64,000 nucleotides of DNA, from contig AP026172.1 of assembly GCA_030295235.1 (NCBI GenBank), positions 310,001 to 374,000 on the forward strand, written 5' to 3'. Positions within the stretch are counted from its first letter, which is position 1. Each line of letters begins with the position of its first letter. The notes beneath the pieces are model-generated. The model had not been told where the DNA came from. It did not search any database and saw only the letters and a list, made by a program, of their open reading frames with translations. Shown one piece after another: positions 12,280 through 23,879 of the stretch. The DNA is from Fistulifera solaris. Lineage: Eukaryota. Made by a program: the position numbers and the translations under genes.

Positions 12280-15200
12280 TTCTTTTTTTTTTTTTTTTTT
12301 TATATTTTATTCCTAATTTTTTTTAATCGTCAGAATCTAATCTTGACATTCGACTGAATTTTCCACTTTTCATTCACATATATTTCAGTCTGACACTTCA
12401 ATGAGTAAGCATTGGTTCTAACTCCCTAGCCTTAGTGCGCTAGTAGAGGGCCAGTCCCGAGCCCGTTTCCCAATGAGGGGGATTCCGTTTTGGCATTCCT
12501 TCTCTTGGATTTCGCAGAAGCATACTAACTGACCTGACCAGGGAAAGACTCATGCGCGCCCGGATGAAGCCACAGATCTCGGAGTATGGCTTGTTCCACT
12601 TCCGCTGAAGTTTTCTTGCAAGCTGTCTCGATGCTGAAATAGCCTGTTGTCCCATCATTCCGTCAATGGAAAAGACCAGGGGAGTGAAGTCTCGTCTGCG
12701 TTCGTGGCAAGGGGGTCCGTACATGCTACGCTTTTCACGCTCTTGAGAAGCCAGAACCTTAATCGGGTCACGGTTTCTGTATGACGGTGCGTCGGTATCA
12801 GTAACTCGGACATCGAAAATGGTCGTTCGTCTCTCATTCCAAAAGCCATAGGCCGAAACATCTCCTCGAAGCTCTTGAACCTGTGTATTGTTGTTGCTGT
12901 TGCCAAATGTGTGAATGGTAGGCTCATCGCGAACAGATTTGGGTCCAAAGGCTTGCGTGCAAAGAGACATGAATTCCGCTTTCAGATCGTCGTGTCTCTG
13001 GATAACAAGTCCACCGTTTTTGCATTGTTGTGCATGTTCGACTGTAAACGGTTTATTGCATCCATCACACTTCTTGGGGAGATCAAGAATTGGGAGTCCT
13101 GAGCGAATTAGACTGTCACGGAATTCGCTCTTTTGAGAGTTCGGTGTCCGTGAATGTCTGTGGACGCACCGAGAGCCAAATTCCTGTCGATTTTGCTCGA
13201 AGAAGTCTTCGCCTTTCATCTGGTCTTCCAATACAGATTTCGTCAAGCGTTTGAATTTCGTTTTGAAATCGGATTTTTGCGGCACTGTTTTTCTCTACTG
13301 TGGCATGTGAAAGATGCTCTCCAACGTTTAATTCTGTGTTGCTGTATAAACTGTTTGAGATGAGTTTCGTGATGTCTTGTGAGGTAGAGAAGTTGTGTTT
13401 GCATGTCTTTACCGGGTTCCAAATGCCAATCCCCGCTGCCTTTGTGCTGAGAGAGAGAATTTCCGCAAGTCACCCGTGATCGGCTGATCTTCGCCAAGTA
13501 GTGCCGGGAGGAATTTCTTCTGGATGCATTTCTCAAGGGGTGCAAAGAGATGAGATATTCCAGGAATGACTCGTTGGACGTATTGCCATTCCATTTGGAG
13601 TGACCGACAAAATCCTGAATAGGGCGGCTTGGGGGTATCTTTTGGCGACTTCGGAAAGTGTCGTCAGAGTGCTTACCCATTCGTTGATTTTTGCCGTAAC
13701 CCACTTGTCGCTGCTCGACTGATGAGCCAATAAATCCTCCCAAGTATCGATGTCCGCGTGTGTACTGAAACCCATATTTCTCGAGAATGAGCTTGCAGCT
13801 TTGTTCGTCGGATTTACGGCATACAACAATACTCTTTTCGGGTTCTGGGAAGTAACCGCGATCTGGACCAAGTTGCATAAGAATTTGCATTGCCTTGTCA
13901 ATACTGGACGCTTTACCTGCAAATGCTGCATCGTCGGGCGATGAAAGGTGATACAATGTCATCGACTTCGGTGCGAATGGTTTGGGTAATTGGAGCAAGA
14001 GCTAGTCCATAAAGGATCATGCTCAAGGGGTCTCCTTGAGCAACTCCTTCTCTGCTTTGGATCGTCATGGCAAATTCATTTTGTTTCCGAATGAAGAGAG
14101 TTGAAGCATGGCGATAGCAATTGAATGCAAATCGAGATCCTTGTGGCCAAAGATGGCGGACAGTCCAGAGAAGTGAAAGTCGGCTGATTTCATTAAATGC
14201 ATTTCGTGCATCAACCAAAAGCATTAATTCAGGGTCGGATACAAATTCTTCAATTAGATCGTCATCAAGGAAATCATCATAATCATAAATCTCTTCTGTA
14301 TCTTCAACTTCCATTTGAACTTCTAGTGCTGTAGGGTATATATCGTGGCCTTCCAAGTGAGTGATTTGTTTTTCTGCTGTTGCTTGGCGCGCCTTGATGT
14401 ATTTCTGGTGCATTGCATGAACCGCCTTCCATTCCGGACGGTAACCCCACGCAAAGATTAAGATTTCCACAAACAACGGTCGCGAGTGTATCCTGTGACT
14501 TTAAGAACCGTTTACCCATAAGTCTTCGGAAGATTTCGCCAACCGCAACAGGCCGAATTCCTGGCTTTTTGTCTAGAGCAATCAATCTAGCATTCATCAG
14601 AGCCCGAATAGCTGCATATGGTGGATTACCATTAGAAATCCATTCCGTCCATTCTGCCATTTCTTTTCTGAGAGCTCGGTAGGATGCTTTGCCATGAGCA
14701 AGAAGCCAATTCTTGAATGTGACAGAATCAATCCCGCTTGGTCCTCCACTTCCGTGTAGCTTGGTAGCCGTTGTTTCAATGGCATCTGATGAGATTCGGC
14801 CGGTATCACTGGTGGGAGGTTGTCATGGTGTTCAAAAGCACTGTGCCCCCCGGGTCGATCAAGGTCAGGGACTCGCATCTCAGGGTGTTTTTCTTCTAAC
14901 ACGTCTATGACTTTGCCGTCCTGTTTTTTCATCGATTTCATCAGGGTCAAGTACACTGCCTTTTTGATGGGTAGTTTTGAGCTGTTGCATTGCTTCTTTT
15001 GTTCTTCCTGACTTTAATGTGAGGTCGAATTGTCGTGCCAGCTCTTCCATAGATTCTTTGCGCTTCCGGAAGCGCGATGCTCTTGTGTACAAAGTGTCCG
15101 TAAACAGTGCTTCGAAATGTTCGTTTGCCCACATGTCCATTCGGTCATTGAGCCTGTTCGTGATGTTCTTATGTCCCTTGACTGTTGGGCATCGTTCCAG

Positions 15201-16700
15201 GATGACAATGCAGAAGACAATTACTCGTTCAAAGTTGGCTGTTCTATGCACTCGGACATTCTTCATTTCTTCAACTAGGAGGTTTAGGAATCTTTTGATG
15301 TCGCACATTTAGACAGCATGTAGCTACGGGATGGGTAAGATACCAATTTGTAGTACCATTCTTGCCATTTTGCATCAATGTCCGCTGGTATTCCTCCCGT
15401 GAGATGGGTGCCGTCGTTGTTATGGGGATGGTCTCCGTAGACTTCTTTGATTTTTCTGTGTGCCTCTTCTTCAACGAAATCCGGAAGGTCCGCATCGGGT
15501 TCAGGGGTAAGGAAAGGTTCATAATTGTTGTGCGGTGTAAAGCTTTCTCCCCTTTCTGCCTCAGAGTCATCATCCGTGTCTTCGTTTAGTAGTCTACCAT
15601 CATCAATCTCAATACGGGCATAGTTGTTTCGCGTGGTTCGGCTTCTTGGTTTAGTGCTGGTTCCCCATTATTGAATGGAAGTGCAATAGTGTCCTGGGCC
15701 TGATTGATGTTTTGAGTATTGTCCCTTTGTCTGTTTTCGTCCGTGAGTCTAGTGCGATGGTGCCAAGGCACTTGAGCAGTTGTTGGTTGAACAACCTCGG
15801 CGACAATTTCGTCCGTTGATGTTGTGAACGGAGGTGTCGTTGGTTTCCGTTGGTGCCGTTGGGGCAACGAAGTCTACAACAAGATCTCGTCCGTTAACGT
15901 TGTGAGTTGTGGTTGTGGTATCCGTAGCAGTTTCTTTGTTATGACAGTCAGCGCAGATACAGTTGGTACAATGGACTCCATTACGTTTACATGCGCATTT
16001 TTTCCGTTGTAGACAGTGAGAGCGCCGACTGCAGTCACAGCATCGTGGTGCAGTACCGTTTGTCCCTAAGTGATTAGCGTTCTTAGTACTTTGAGATTCA
16101 CTGTGACCAGTACGAATAGCCGGTACTGTCTCTTCTTCTGTACTCGGTTCGAGACGTTCGACGTAGTGAATTTGATCTTCGCCAAACCTCACCGATCGCC
16201 GATTCCGAGGCTCTTCGGCGTTTGGACCATGATTATCCATGCTGAAAAGCAAATGATCGGTTGATCTGATGAACTTTTGGAGTCGAAAATTGAATTCTGC
16301 GTAGTCGAATTGATCCAAACAGCTATTGTGAAGTTAACAAAGGACTCAGGAATAGTTACTTTAACCCTAACCGGAACAAATTCTTCTTTTGCGCGCTCGC
16401 TAAAAGAAGTGCGCGAAGAATAATCTGGCCAGCTTATCAACTACTTCCACGTAAAACCTCGTATGTCTCGTTTTGCTAGGGATGTCGTGATGTCGTGCGT
16501 TGAACACGGTAGAAATCAACGAGTGAAAAAATGACAACACAAAATAGCACAGATCGAGGATGCACCGCCTTTCCTAGTAGATTAAAACTTGCGCGATGTA
16601 ACGTCGAGAAAGTATTCGCAGCGATAGCACGTGGGAAACACCCTCCCCGTGGGTCGCAATTATTCATTGCGGATCCATTTTAAGGCATCTTCCAACCTTC
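12280..16700 (-). mobile_element. CRE-like non-LTR retrotransposon (RT plus restriction-like endonuclease), near full length; 5' boundary approximate
   Basis: Poly(A) tail seen as a T-run at about 12280-12301; RLIALDKKPGIRPVAVGEIFRR, LVDARNAFNE, GVAQGDPLSM, (F)IADD, RYLGGFIG; CDGC-x7-H-x3-C knuckle; RGDVSAYGFW..FDVRV..EREK. Confidence 0.92.
12440..16240 (-). CDS. Retrotransposon ORF (CXC - RT - CCHC - RLE), split across several frames by indels
   Basis: ORF-track fragments 15749-16318, 14880-15308, 14597-14956, 14304-14660, 13913-14476, 13243-13998, 13409-13594 and 12440-13285 line up in canonical domain order. Confidence 0.8.
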
Positions 16701-16927
16701 ACGGTTCAGTTCGACTCTTTGAGCGATGTTCTAATTTCATTTTTAGCGAAAACGCGACGACCCGCTCTTGATTTGTCACGACATCTCACCGCGCCTTCAT
16801 AAATTGTGTCACGACGTTCTAATTCGATAGAACGATTCCAAAGCGTCAAAACAAACTTTACAAGCGTTGAAAACATCTGTGATTCTCGCCAGTTAGCAGT
16901 GTATTATGAATCTACGTTTCCATGCTT

Positions 16928-17372
16928 TTACAATTCTTCTCTCGAACGACGACGCTCATCACTTCGCCTCTTCATCTCTCTTTCGCGTGCCAAAATGCGT
17001 TCCACTTCTTGTTCATCGGGTATTTTCCGCATCTTTTCAATCTTTTTCGTAAACACCTCCACTTTCTTTTCCATTTTAGTCAACTCCTCGTCCGTGAGCA
17101 AACGAGTGCCGCTTTTGTGGTCAGCCACACGCTGTTTGGCGTCCAGAAGTAGTTTTTCCAGCTGATCACTGCGAGCTTTGTGACTCGCCAGCAATTCTTC
17201 TCTCTGTATTCAATCAAATGTGTCATTACAGAAATGAGCGAATGACTTACAATCAGAAGGACCGATCCATGAAGAGTCAAAAACCTACCGTTGTCCACAA
17301 ATCGGTTTCCGATATCGACGAACCAAGAAAAAGCGTCACTAGAAAGAGAATGCTGTGGTGAAGGTTAAACAT
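16928..17372 (-). CDS. small ER-luminal coiled-coil protein B (exons 17372-17289, 17203-16928), ends REEL
   Basis: Signal peptide MFNLHHSILFLVTLFLGSSIS; same intron position as protein A; LLLDAKQRVADHKSGTRLL matches LLLNAKQRLKDHASGTSLL in A. Confidence 0.8.
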
Positions 17373-17867
17373 AACTGAATTATTGTTAATTGTAAAGGGC
17401 TGCTTAGCAAATGTTTTTCGATGTGTTTAAAGTTCATTATTTCTTCGTTTTTATTATTACGCTTTGGGAGATCTCGGGGAGATGATGTTGTGACCGCGCG
17501 CTGACTAGTGTGTGACCACGTGACCACTGTCTTTCCGTTGGGGGTGAGTCGTCCTCGAATGTGTAGATGAACGTACTTTTTACAGCAGTACTTCAGGAAA
17601 CGACGTTAAAATTATGCCTCCCGTACAAGATTCTACGTAGAGTACAAGACGTCGCAGAATTTTAACGCCATACTTTGTAGAACAAGGCTACCTTTCCACG
17701 TGGAGAGTGTTTCGCTTCTCGATAATAAACAGCGCAAAAAAGTGATGGCGCACACAAACAGGCAAAACCGAAATAGCAGACAAACCATAAAGACAAAAGG
17801 TCTCTGAGAAATCCATTCAAACAACACTATAACACACAATCACTCCCGTCAATAATAATATTTAACC

Positions 17868-18623
17868 ATGACTGATGCTATTCCTACCTCTCAGGAGCGT
17901 CTGTTAGACGCGGAAGCTATTGAACAAGCGGCCTCTTCTGTCTCACGACCAACAGCGCGTATGCATCTCGAGGCTCTAGCGAAAAAACTACGCAAAGAGT
18001 CCGAGGCATTACAACGTGTGGAAAAGTCTTCGGCTATGGCTATCGCTGAAACAGGAGAAGCAGCTCCTGTACCAGCGGCAGTACCGGTCGTGGCAGCTAC
18101 AGACTCTTCCGCTCCCGTCGCGGCATCGCCGTCAATCAAATACGTTTCAATTGATCGTTTTGCGTTTGACGCCGGAGGTTACGACGCTCCCTTTGTGACA
18201 CTGTATATCCCTCTTTCGGGTGTGGGATCTATTTCCGCAGATAATGTTCAATGCAGTTTCACCAAAGACTCGTTCGATTTGATTGTTCGTGATTTGCAAG
18301 GAAAATCGTACCGGTTGCTCAAAGACAATCTTGAAAAAGACATCGATCCTGCGAAAAGTAAATATATCATCAAGTCAGACAAAGTTGTTCTCAAGTTGCA
18401 CAAGGTGAAGACCAGTGAATATGGTGGCTACGATTACTGGACGAAGTTGACCGACAAGAAGGATCGCAAGAGTTCTAGTAAGAAAGACGACCCGCAAAAG
18501 AGTATTATGGATCTCATGAAGGATATGTACAATGAAGGAGATGATAATATGAAGAAAGTGATTGGAGAAACATTCATGAAACAACAACGCGGAGAACTTG
18601 GTGGAACCGGCATGGATTTTTAG
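17868..18623 (+). CDS. CACYBP: Calcyclin-binding protein / Siah-interacting protein (CS + SGS domains)
   Basis: CS domain (FTKDSFDLIVRDLQGKSYRL, VVLKLHK) and SGS-type DPQKSIMDLMKDMYNEGDDNMKKVIGE. Confidence 0.85.
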   Translation: MTDAIPTSQERLLDAEAIEQAASSVSRPTARMHLEALAKKLRKESEALQRVEKSSAMAIAETGEAAPVPAAVPVVAATDSSAPVAASPSIKYVSIDRFAFDAGGYDAPFVTLYIPLSGVGSISADNVQCSFTKDSFDLIVRDLQGKSYRLLKDNLEKDIDPAKSKYIIKSDKVVLKLHKVKTSEYGGYDYWTKLTDKKDRKSSSKKDDPQKSIMDLMKDMYNEGDDNMKKVIGETFMKQQRGELGGTGMDF

Positions 18624-19682
18624 ACGCTAGCTAGGGCTGGCGAAATAGAACGTATAAATGTAGAACGGTTTAGGTTTTGATACGAGCCGATAACACACAC
18701 ACACGAACTAGGAGAAGACAAGCGCTCAAAAAATTGGCTATAACGTAGAACTTGGTTAAGATATCAAGAGTGCTTGCTGCTCAGTAATGCATACAGCTTC
18801 GTGCATAGAGCATGCGGTCACTCCCATTCTGCTATGTTCTTGACTGCTAAGAATAAGAATGGCATTGATTGCACTCTTTTCCAAAATAGGTAGGGAATAT
18901 ACTTTTGACTTGTACCGAAAAGAAGGGCCAGCGTCCCATTTGAGCATTTCAAATTCTGTTAATGTAAAGTCTAGGAGCTGAACAATACTTTGTCATCACC
19001 TTCTTCCGAGACTTGGGATGCTTGAGTCACAAAAAAGCCATCCCTAATTTGGGCATCATACCTGGCAGGTAACAACACAAAACACACGCGCATCTCCAAT
19101 AAAATCGTTTAACTTTCGACAAGACAAGGCAGGTAAGACATACCGAGTGTGACCGATGGTCATAGTTTGTATTAATCTTACTGCATTTTGGCTAGTCTAG
19201 TTATTTACTCCGAGTAAGTAATAGAATAGAAGGGGAAGATCTTTTTATTATAGTTGGAACCTAGGTAAGTGCCAGTAAGACATGGAATGAACACACCACA
19301 ATTGATTTGACAGTACTAATAAGTACTAACGAGAAAACACAGAATACAGTCAAACCTCCGTGTTAGCCTTTTTACATTTCTGACAATTGACAATTTTGCG
19401 CTGCTCGTGTTGACAATTTTATACGCCGTTTGATCATACAATATTACATTCAGCTTACATCCCTCTTGTAGAACAATAGTTTCTTAATAATATGGGCGCG
19501 TCAAACTCCAGGCAGCAGAGTCTCATAAATAAGCGGCAAAAGGCGATTACTCCAATCCGGAGGTCCAAATCACTTCGGGGCATCTCATGAGAAAGACTTA
19601 TCCGCTTTTCGCTGTGCGACAGATTGCAAATGCATATGCGGCACGGGCAAAAGCTGCCTGTCCACCGGAATGCGATCCGACC

Positions 19683-20861
19683 ATGCCACTGCTGTACGCA
19701 CTGGGTAAGGCTATGTACAGGCCTGATGTAAGAACCTCAATTACTTTTGTTTTATTTGGTCTAATCTTGTCTGTTTTGCGATCGTTTACAGCGCGTTCCT
19801 GGGCGTGGGACGCCGTGGCTTATCGATGTCAAACCCATCCACAAGAAGCCGAAGTTGCCGACGAGAAAGGAGATACTACTCTACATTGGGCCTGCTTTGG
19901 AAACTGCCCAGCGGCGACGGTTGAACTGATCCTGCAGGCGAATCCATCTCAGGCCAAAGTTGTGAATATTAAAGGTGAACTGCCTTTGCATCTAGCATGT
20001 TCTTATCGTGCTTCATCGGAAACAATTCGCGTCGTGCTGGAAGCGAACCCAGCAGCAGCGAATGAAGTCACACTAGCTGGCTCGAATCCCTTACATTTGC
20101 TGGCCGACTATGGTGGGTCTGCGGAGGCGATGTGGCACGTACTTAGAGCTTGTTCTTCAGCCGCGACCGTGTGCGATCAACTGTACCAAAGGCGGCCCAT
20201 AGAAATATTAAACGGGCGCAAGAATTTGCACGAATTTTCCACTATTCGTGAAATGCTGCGCACCGTGCGTCGAAAACAAAGGCTATTGCGAGAGAATTCG
20301 ATCGAATGGAGCGACTTAGAAGTAGGCATCGAAGAACATCGCACAAGCGAGTTTTGGCAGAAAATCGCTCTTTTGGCCGTTGCGGAAAGTCGATTCGACG
20401 ATGCTTTACTCCAAATGCATTCGATAGACCTCGTCAGTCATCCTGTGGTTCTAATGGCATGTGTCTCAAACGCACTATGCCCACCCTCTATTCAGGAATT
20501 TGCAATTTTGTTATATTCGCATCAACTTGTGGTTCCCTACGACGGGAATTTAGCACTTCACGAAGCAGTAAAGGCGGGAAGTTTCCACGCCTTGCAAGAT
20601 CTCTTATTTTACGCTCCCGATGCGGCTAAAGTGCGCAGCGAAGAAGGTAAGCTACCACTAACTTATTTACTGGAAAGAGACGATGCAAGTTGGTTGGATG
20701 GTGTGGGATACTTAATGCAAGCCTATCCTGCCGCTTTGCAAGATACGGCTCTTCCCGCCCCCTATTTCCCCATACTTTGGTCGCGATTTCCTCCCGACGT
20801 TCTCTATGCGTCAATTCGATGCAGCCCAGATTTACTGTACATTTTCAAAGACCATATGTAA
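19683..20861 (+). CDS. Ankyrin-repeat protein (probable intron about 19705-19791)
   Basis: GDTTLHWAC, GELPLHLAC, GSNPLHLL, GNLALHEAV, GKLPL repeats. Confidence 0.8.
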   Translation: MPLLYALGKAMYRPDVRTSITFVLFGLILSVLRSFTARSWAWDAVAYRCQTHPQEAEVADEKGDTTLHWACFGNCPAATVELILQANPSQAKVVNIKGELPLHLACSYRASSETIRVVLEANPAAANEVTLAGSNPLHLLADYGGSAEAMWHVLRACSSAATVCDQLYQRRPIEILNGRKNLHEFSTIREMLRTVRRKQRLLRENSIEWSDLEVGIEEHRTSEFWQKIALLAVAESRFDDALLQMHSIDLVSHPVVLMACVSNALCPPSIQEFAILLYSHQLVVPYDGNLALHEAVKAGSFHALQDLLFYAPDAAKVRSEEGKLPLTYLLERDDASWLDGVGYLMQAYPAALQDTALPAPYFPILWSRFPPDVLYASIRCSPDLLYIFKDHM

Positions 20862-20895
20862 ATGCTTGTGTCTATTACTCGTTTTACATCCCCGC

Positions 20896-21316
20896 TCATA
20901 AGTCGTCTATATTCTTGCCTTCCATTTCGTACTCAGCATCTAGTTGCATAGCCTTCAAGTGAACTTGAAACATCATTTCGTTTACTTTAGACTGTGCTGT
21001 TTCGAACTCTTTCGTACTCTCGTCGACAAACTGGAATACAGCCATGGGCGGCGTCGGTCTACTGTGCACGTCTAATTTGATGTCGAGTTTCGGGTTAGCC
21101 TTTCGAAATCGACTCGCTTGAATTTGTCGTAATAATTCACGTGCGGAAGTTGTGCGATTATCAAAAGCTTTCGATACCAAATTTCATAGTTAGTGCTAGA
21201 GATTTCATCGACAGACATCAACTGCATTCTTTGCACTTACGGTTGAATTGAATGTCGATTGTTCGAACGTATTTGAATAGGTGCGACGAAACGTCCTTGG
21301 GAAATTTGATCGGCAT
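20896..21316 (-). CDS. Mitochondrial ribosomal protein mL53-like (intron 21240-21168)
   Basis: Spliced KYVRTIDIQFNPFDNRTTSARELLRQI..P.AVFQFVD resembles the mL53/MRPL44 family. Confidence 0.7.
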
Positions 21317-21700
21317 GATAAGAATATCAATTGTCAAAACAATCCAATAACGATATACTTCTCTAAATTTACCAAACAAAAAAATAAGCAGGTATTGTAA
21401 GCAATGCTCACTATGTTGGCAGCAATAAGCTTGCGTTATCATGGTCGCTTTTTTTTATTTTCGACGGTCGTGCCGCAGCCGGCGGTGCACTGTACTGGTA
21501 CTTAGTATAAGGTGACAAGCTTAGCAAGTACTTGTACCGGTACCAGGTACGGTACCAGTAAACCGGTACGGTACCGTCGTACAAGCAATAATAAGGTTTG
21601 CAATAAGCGCACACCGACTCAAGACTCGAAATCGGATCCCGGTCGTAGCTTTTGACTAGGGTCATAGATGGTTCATGAGTGCACCGACGTGGAATAAGCA

Positions 21701-21724
21701 TCCCGTGTCTCGGGAGACACGGGA
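21701..21724. repeat. perfect 11-bp inverted repeat (hairpin)
   Basis: TCCCGTGTCTC-GG-GAGACACGGGA. Confidence 0.85.
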
Positions 21725-22601
21725 ACGCACCTCTGCTTGGTACATATCTCTACGGGGGCCTACGTGGAAGTACACAATTTCCCGCACCTTTTATGTACTC
21801 CGAAAAAGATTAGTGTAGTCATGAAGTCGTGATTTCTAGGAACGCCATTCTTGTGTTTTTTGTCTGCGGATCTGAATCACGATCTGAACTATTAGTCGTG
21901 TCATTGTAAGTATTTCATAATCAATCCGTGAACCTGAAAGCTAAGCCCCGCGAGACATATTTACTTTGCGCCTCTAAACACGCCAGTAATGAGAAAGAAA
22001 CAGAATTTCATTTGCTCTTTGTTTCTTGTTTTATCGGCGAGCTATGACTCTTTCTGTAATGATAATGATTTATGGTGGTTTGGTGAATGATGACGATGCG
22101 GTTTGCAAGTTGCAAATGATTTGACGTGTGAATTATTATCTAACCAAAACTACTGAAGCTCAAGGTCAAGCCTCTAAGAACTATTTACTCTGTGGACGGA
22201 GTTTTTCGAACTTACGTTTCACCGCAACTTTAAGACTCAAAACTTAAAATTTATAGTTTGGTTCATGTTTTCTATTTAGTTCTGAGGCACTTTCGATAAA
22301 TTCTGAACTAAACAGCAAGGTTTCATGTTCCACACCTAAGGATGACATTCTACATCTGCCCTTCAGTAATTTGCTCAATTGGAGATGTCGCCCTTCCGAT
22401 CATATTTCGCGTCAAGATTATTTTTGAGAAGCCCGAGTTGTTTCGTCGCTATCCGTAGCCTCCTCTGTGCATACAATTTTCGTTTCGCAGGTAGATGAAC
22501 TATTCAAGTATTTAGATCTTCTTGTTTTCATGTCCTAAGCGATCCAGTGATCCTTTTCTTCATAAATTCCTCACAGTATAAATCTCATCATTTTTCGAAG
22601 A

Positions 22602-23661
22602 ATGAAGGTAGTGACAACGCTGGAAAAGAAGCGCAAGACGGTCAAAGATGGGCCACGTCGTCCTCTCACGGCGTACAATCTTTTCTTTCAAATTGGCCGC
22701 CAACGTCTTGTAAACGGAGAATCCGTTGAAGACATCTCCGTTACTGACATTGACAACATGACTATCCACCAACAAGCAAGGCACAAGCTGAGGACCACAC
22801 ACCAACGAACGCACGGAAAGATTGGTTTTCAAGAGCTGGCCAAGACTTTGGGCAAAAATGGAGGGCTCTTGATCCGCTTTGCAAACGCCGCTTGGACGAG
22901 CTCGCAATACAAGAGAAAAAGCGGTATGCAACGGAAATGGCTGTTTGGAAAAAGAATCAAGAAGCTTTGTTTTCCGTGAAGGCTAAGAATGCAACCCTCG
23001 TGAGACCTTCAGTCATGAAGCTTCGAACAAAGAACAGCACTGCGCAGTCGAGAAAGATCATTTCTCAGCCCCAACCAATATCTTCTGCAATTGTGAAGCA
23101 TCCCTTTGACAATTCGACAGGCTACCATGATCAAGGAAATGACATAGCGCATTCAGAAGGCTTTCACAGATATGTACCCCCCTCGCACGGAAGTTCAAGC
23201 GGGTTTCCATCCGTCCAATTTGCAGAATGAGCACTTTCATCAGTACCCGCCATACACGGAGTCGTATCATAACCATCCCTATGATGCACCAACAAGTGTG
23301 TGGCATGGGGCGACCGGCACCATGCAAAGCGACTTCCGAGCCCTATTGTATGGCACCTTGTGAACCCTTCCATCCTCTTTCGCCTCGCAAAGTCAGTCTC
23401 TCAAGCTGTCAGCCCATGGAGTGCGCCGCATCCTACGATGGCATCGAACCCGTACAAATCAAAGAGTGGACTCAGCCGCTCCCGCCGCATAATGTGTATG
23501 AAGACTATCACCATCCATATCAGGTGGCCCGCCCTATCGACCAACACACTCATCTCTCGTGTGAAGAGACCAACGTGTTTCATTCCTTGAGGAATATTGA
23601 CATGGACTTTTTGTCTGTGCATTGCGAAGATAACAATGATATCTCAGTTTTGGGTATGTGA
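22602..23661 (+). CDS. HMG-box transcription factor (split HMG box; frameshifts)
   Basis: PRRPLTAYNLFFQ..HGKIGFQELAKTLG(KKW)..ELAIQEKKRYATEM. Confidence 0.8.
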
Positions 23662-23879
23662 ATTCACCACAATACATAAGCCGTAATTGTTTCCGTTCAG
23701 GCAAGCATGCCTCGCTGGGAACTCCTTTTTCATTCATTTAAATAGATACTCCGTACATGACCATACGTTGCCTCAGTCATATTTCTTTTGTGTTAACTTT
23801 TGATCGTTTTTGTTTTATTGCGTGTAACCAAAATGTTGATATCTATAAAGTCAAAGTCAGCAACAAAAGTGTTCTACAA

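Noticed and set aside
12255..12282. Target-site duplication for the CRE-like element (GCCTCAT versus GCCTTCAT at about 16793)
   Set aside because: Too short and imperfect to support
16590..16680. Possible HDV-like ribozyme in the LINE 5' UTR
   Set aside because: Small hairpins are visible but I could not build the nested double pseudoknot by eye
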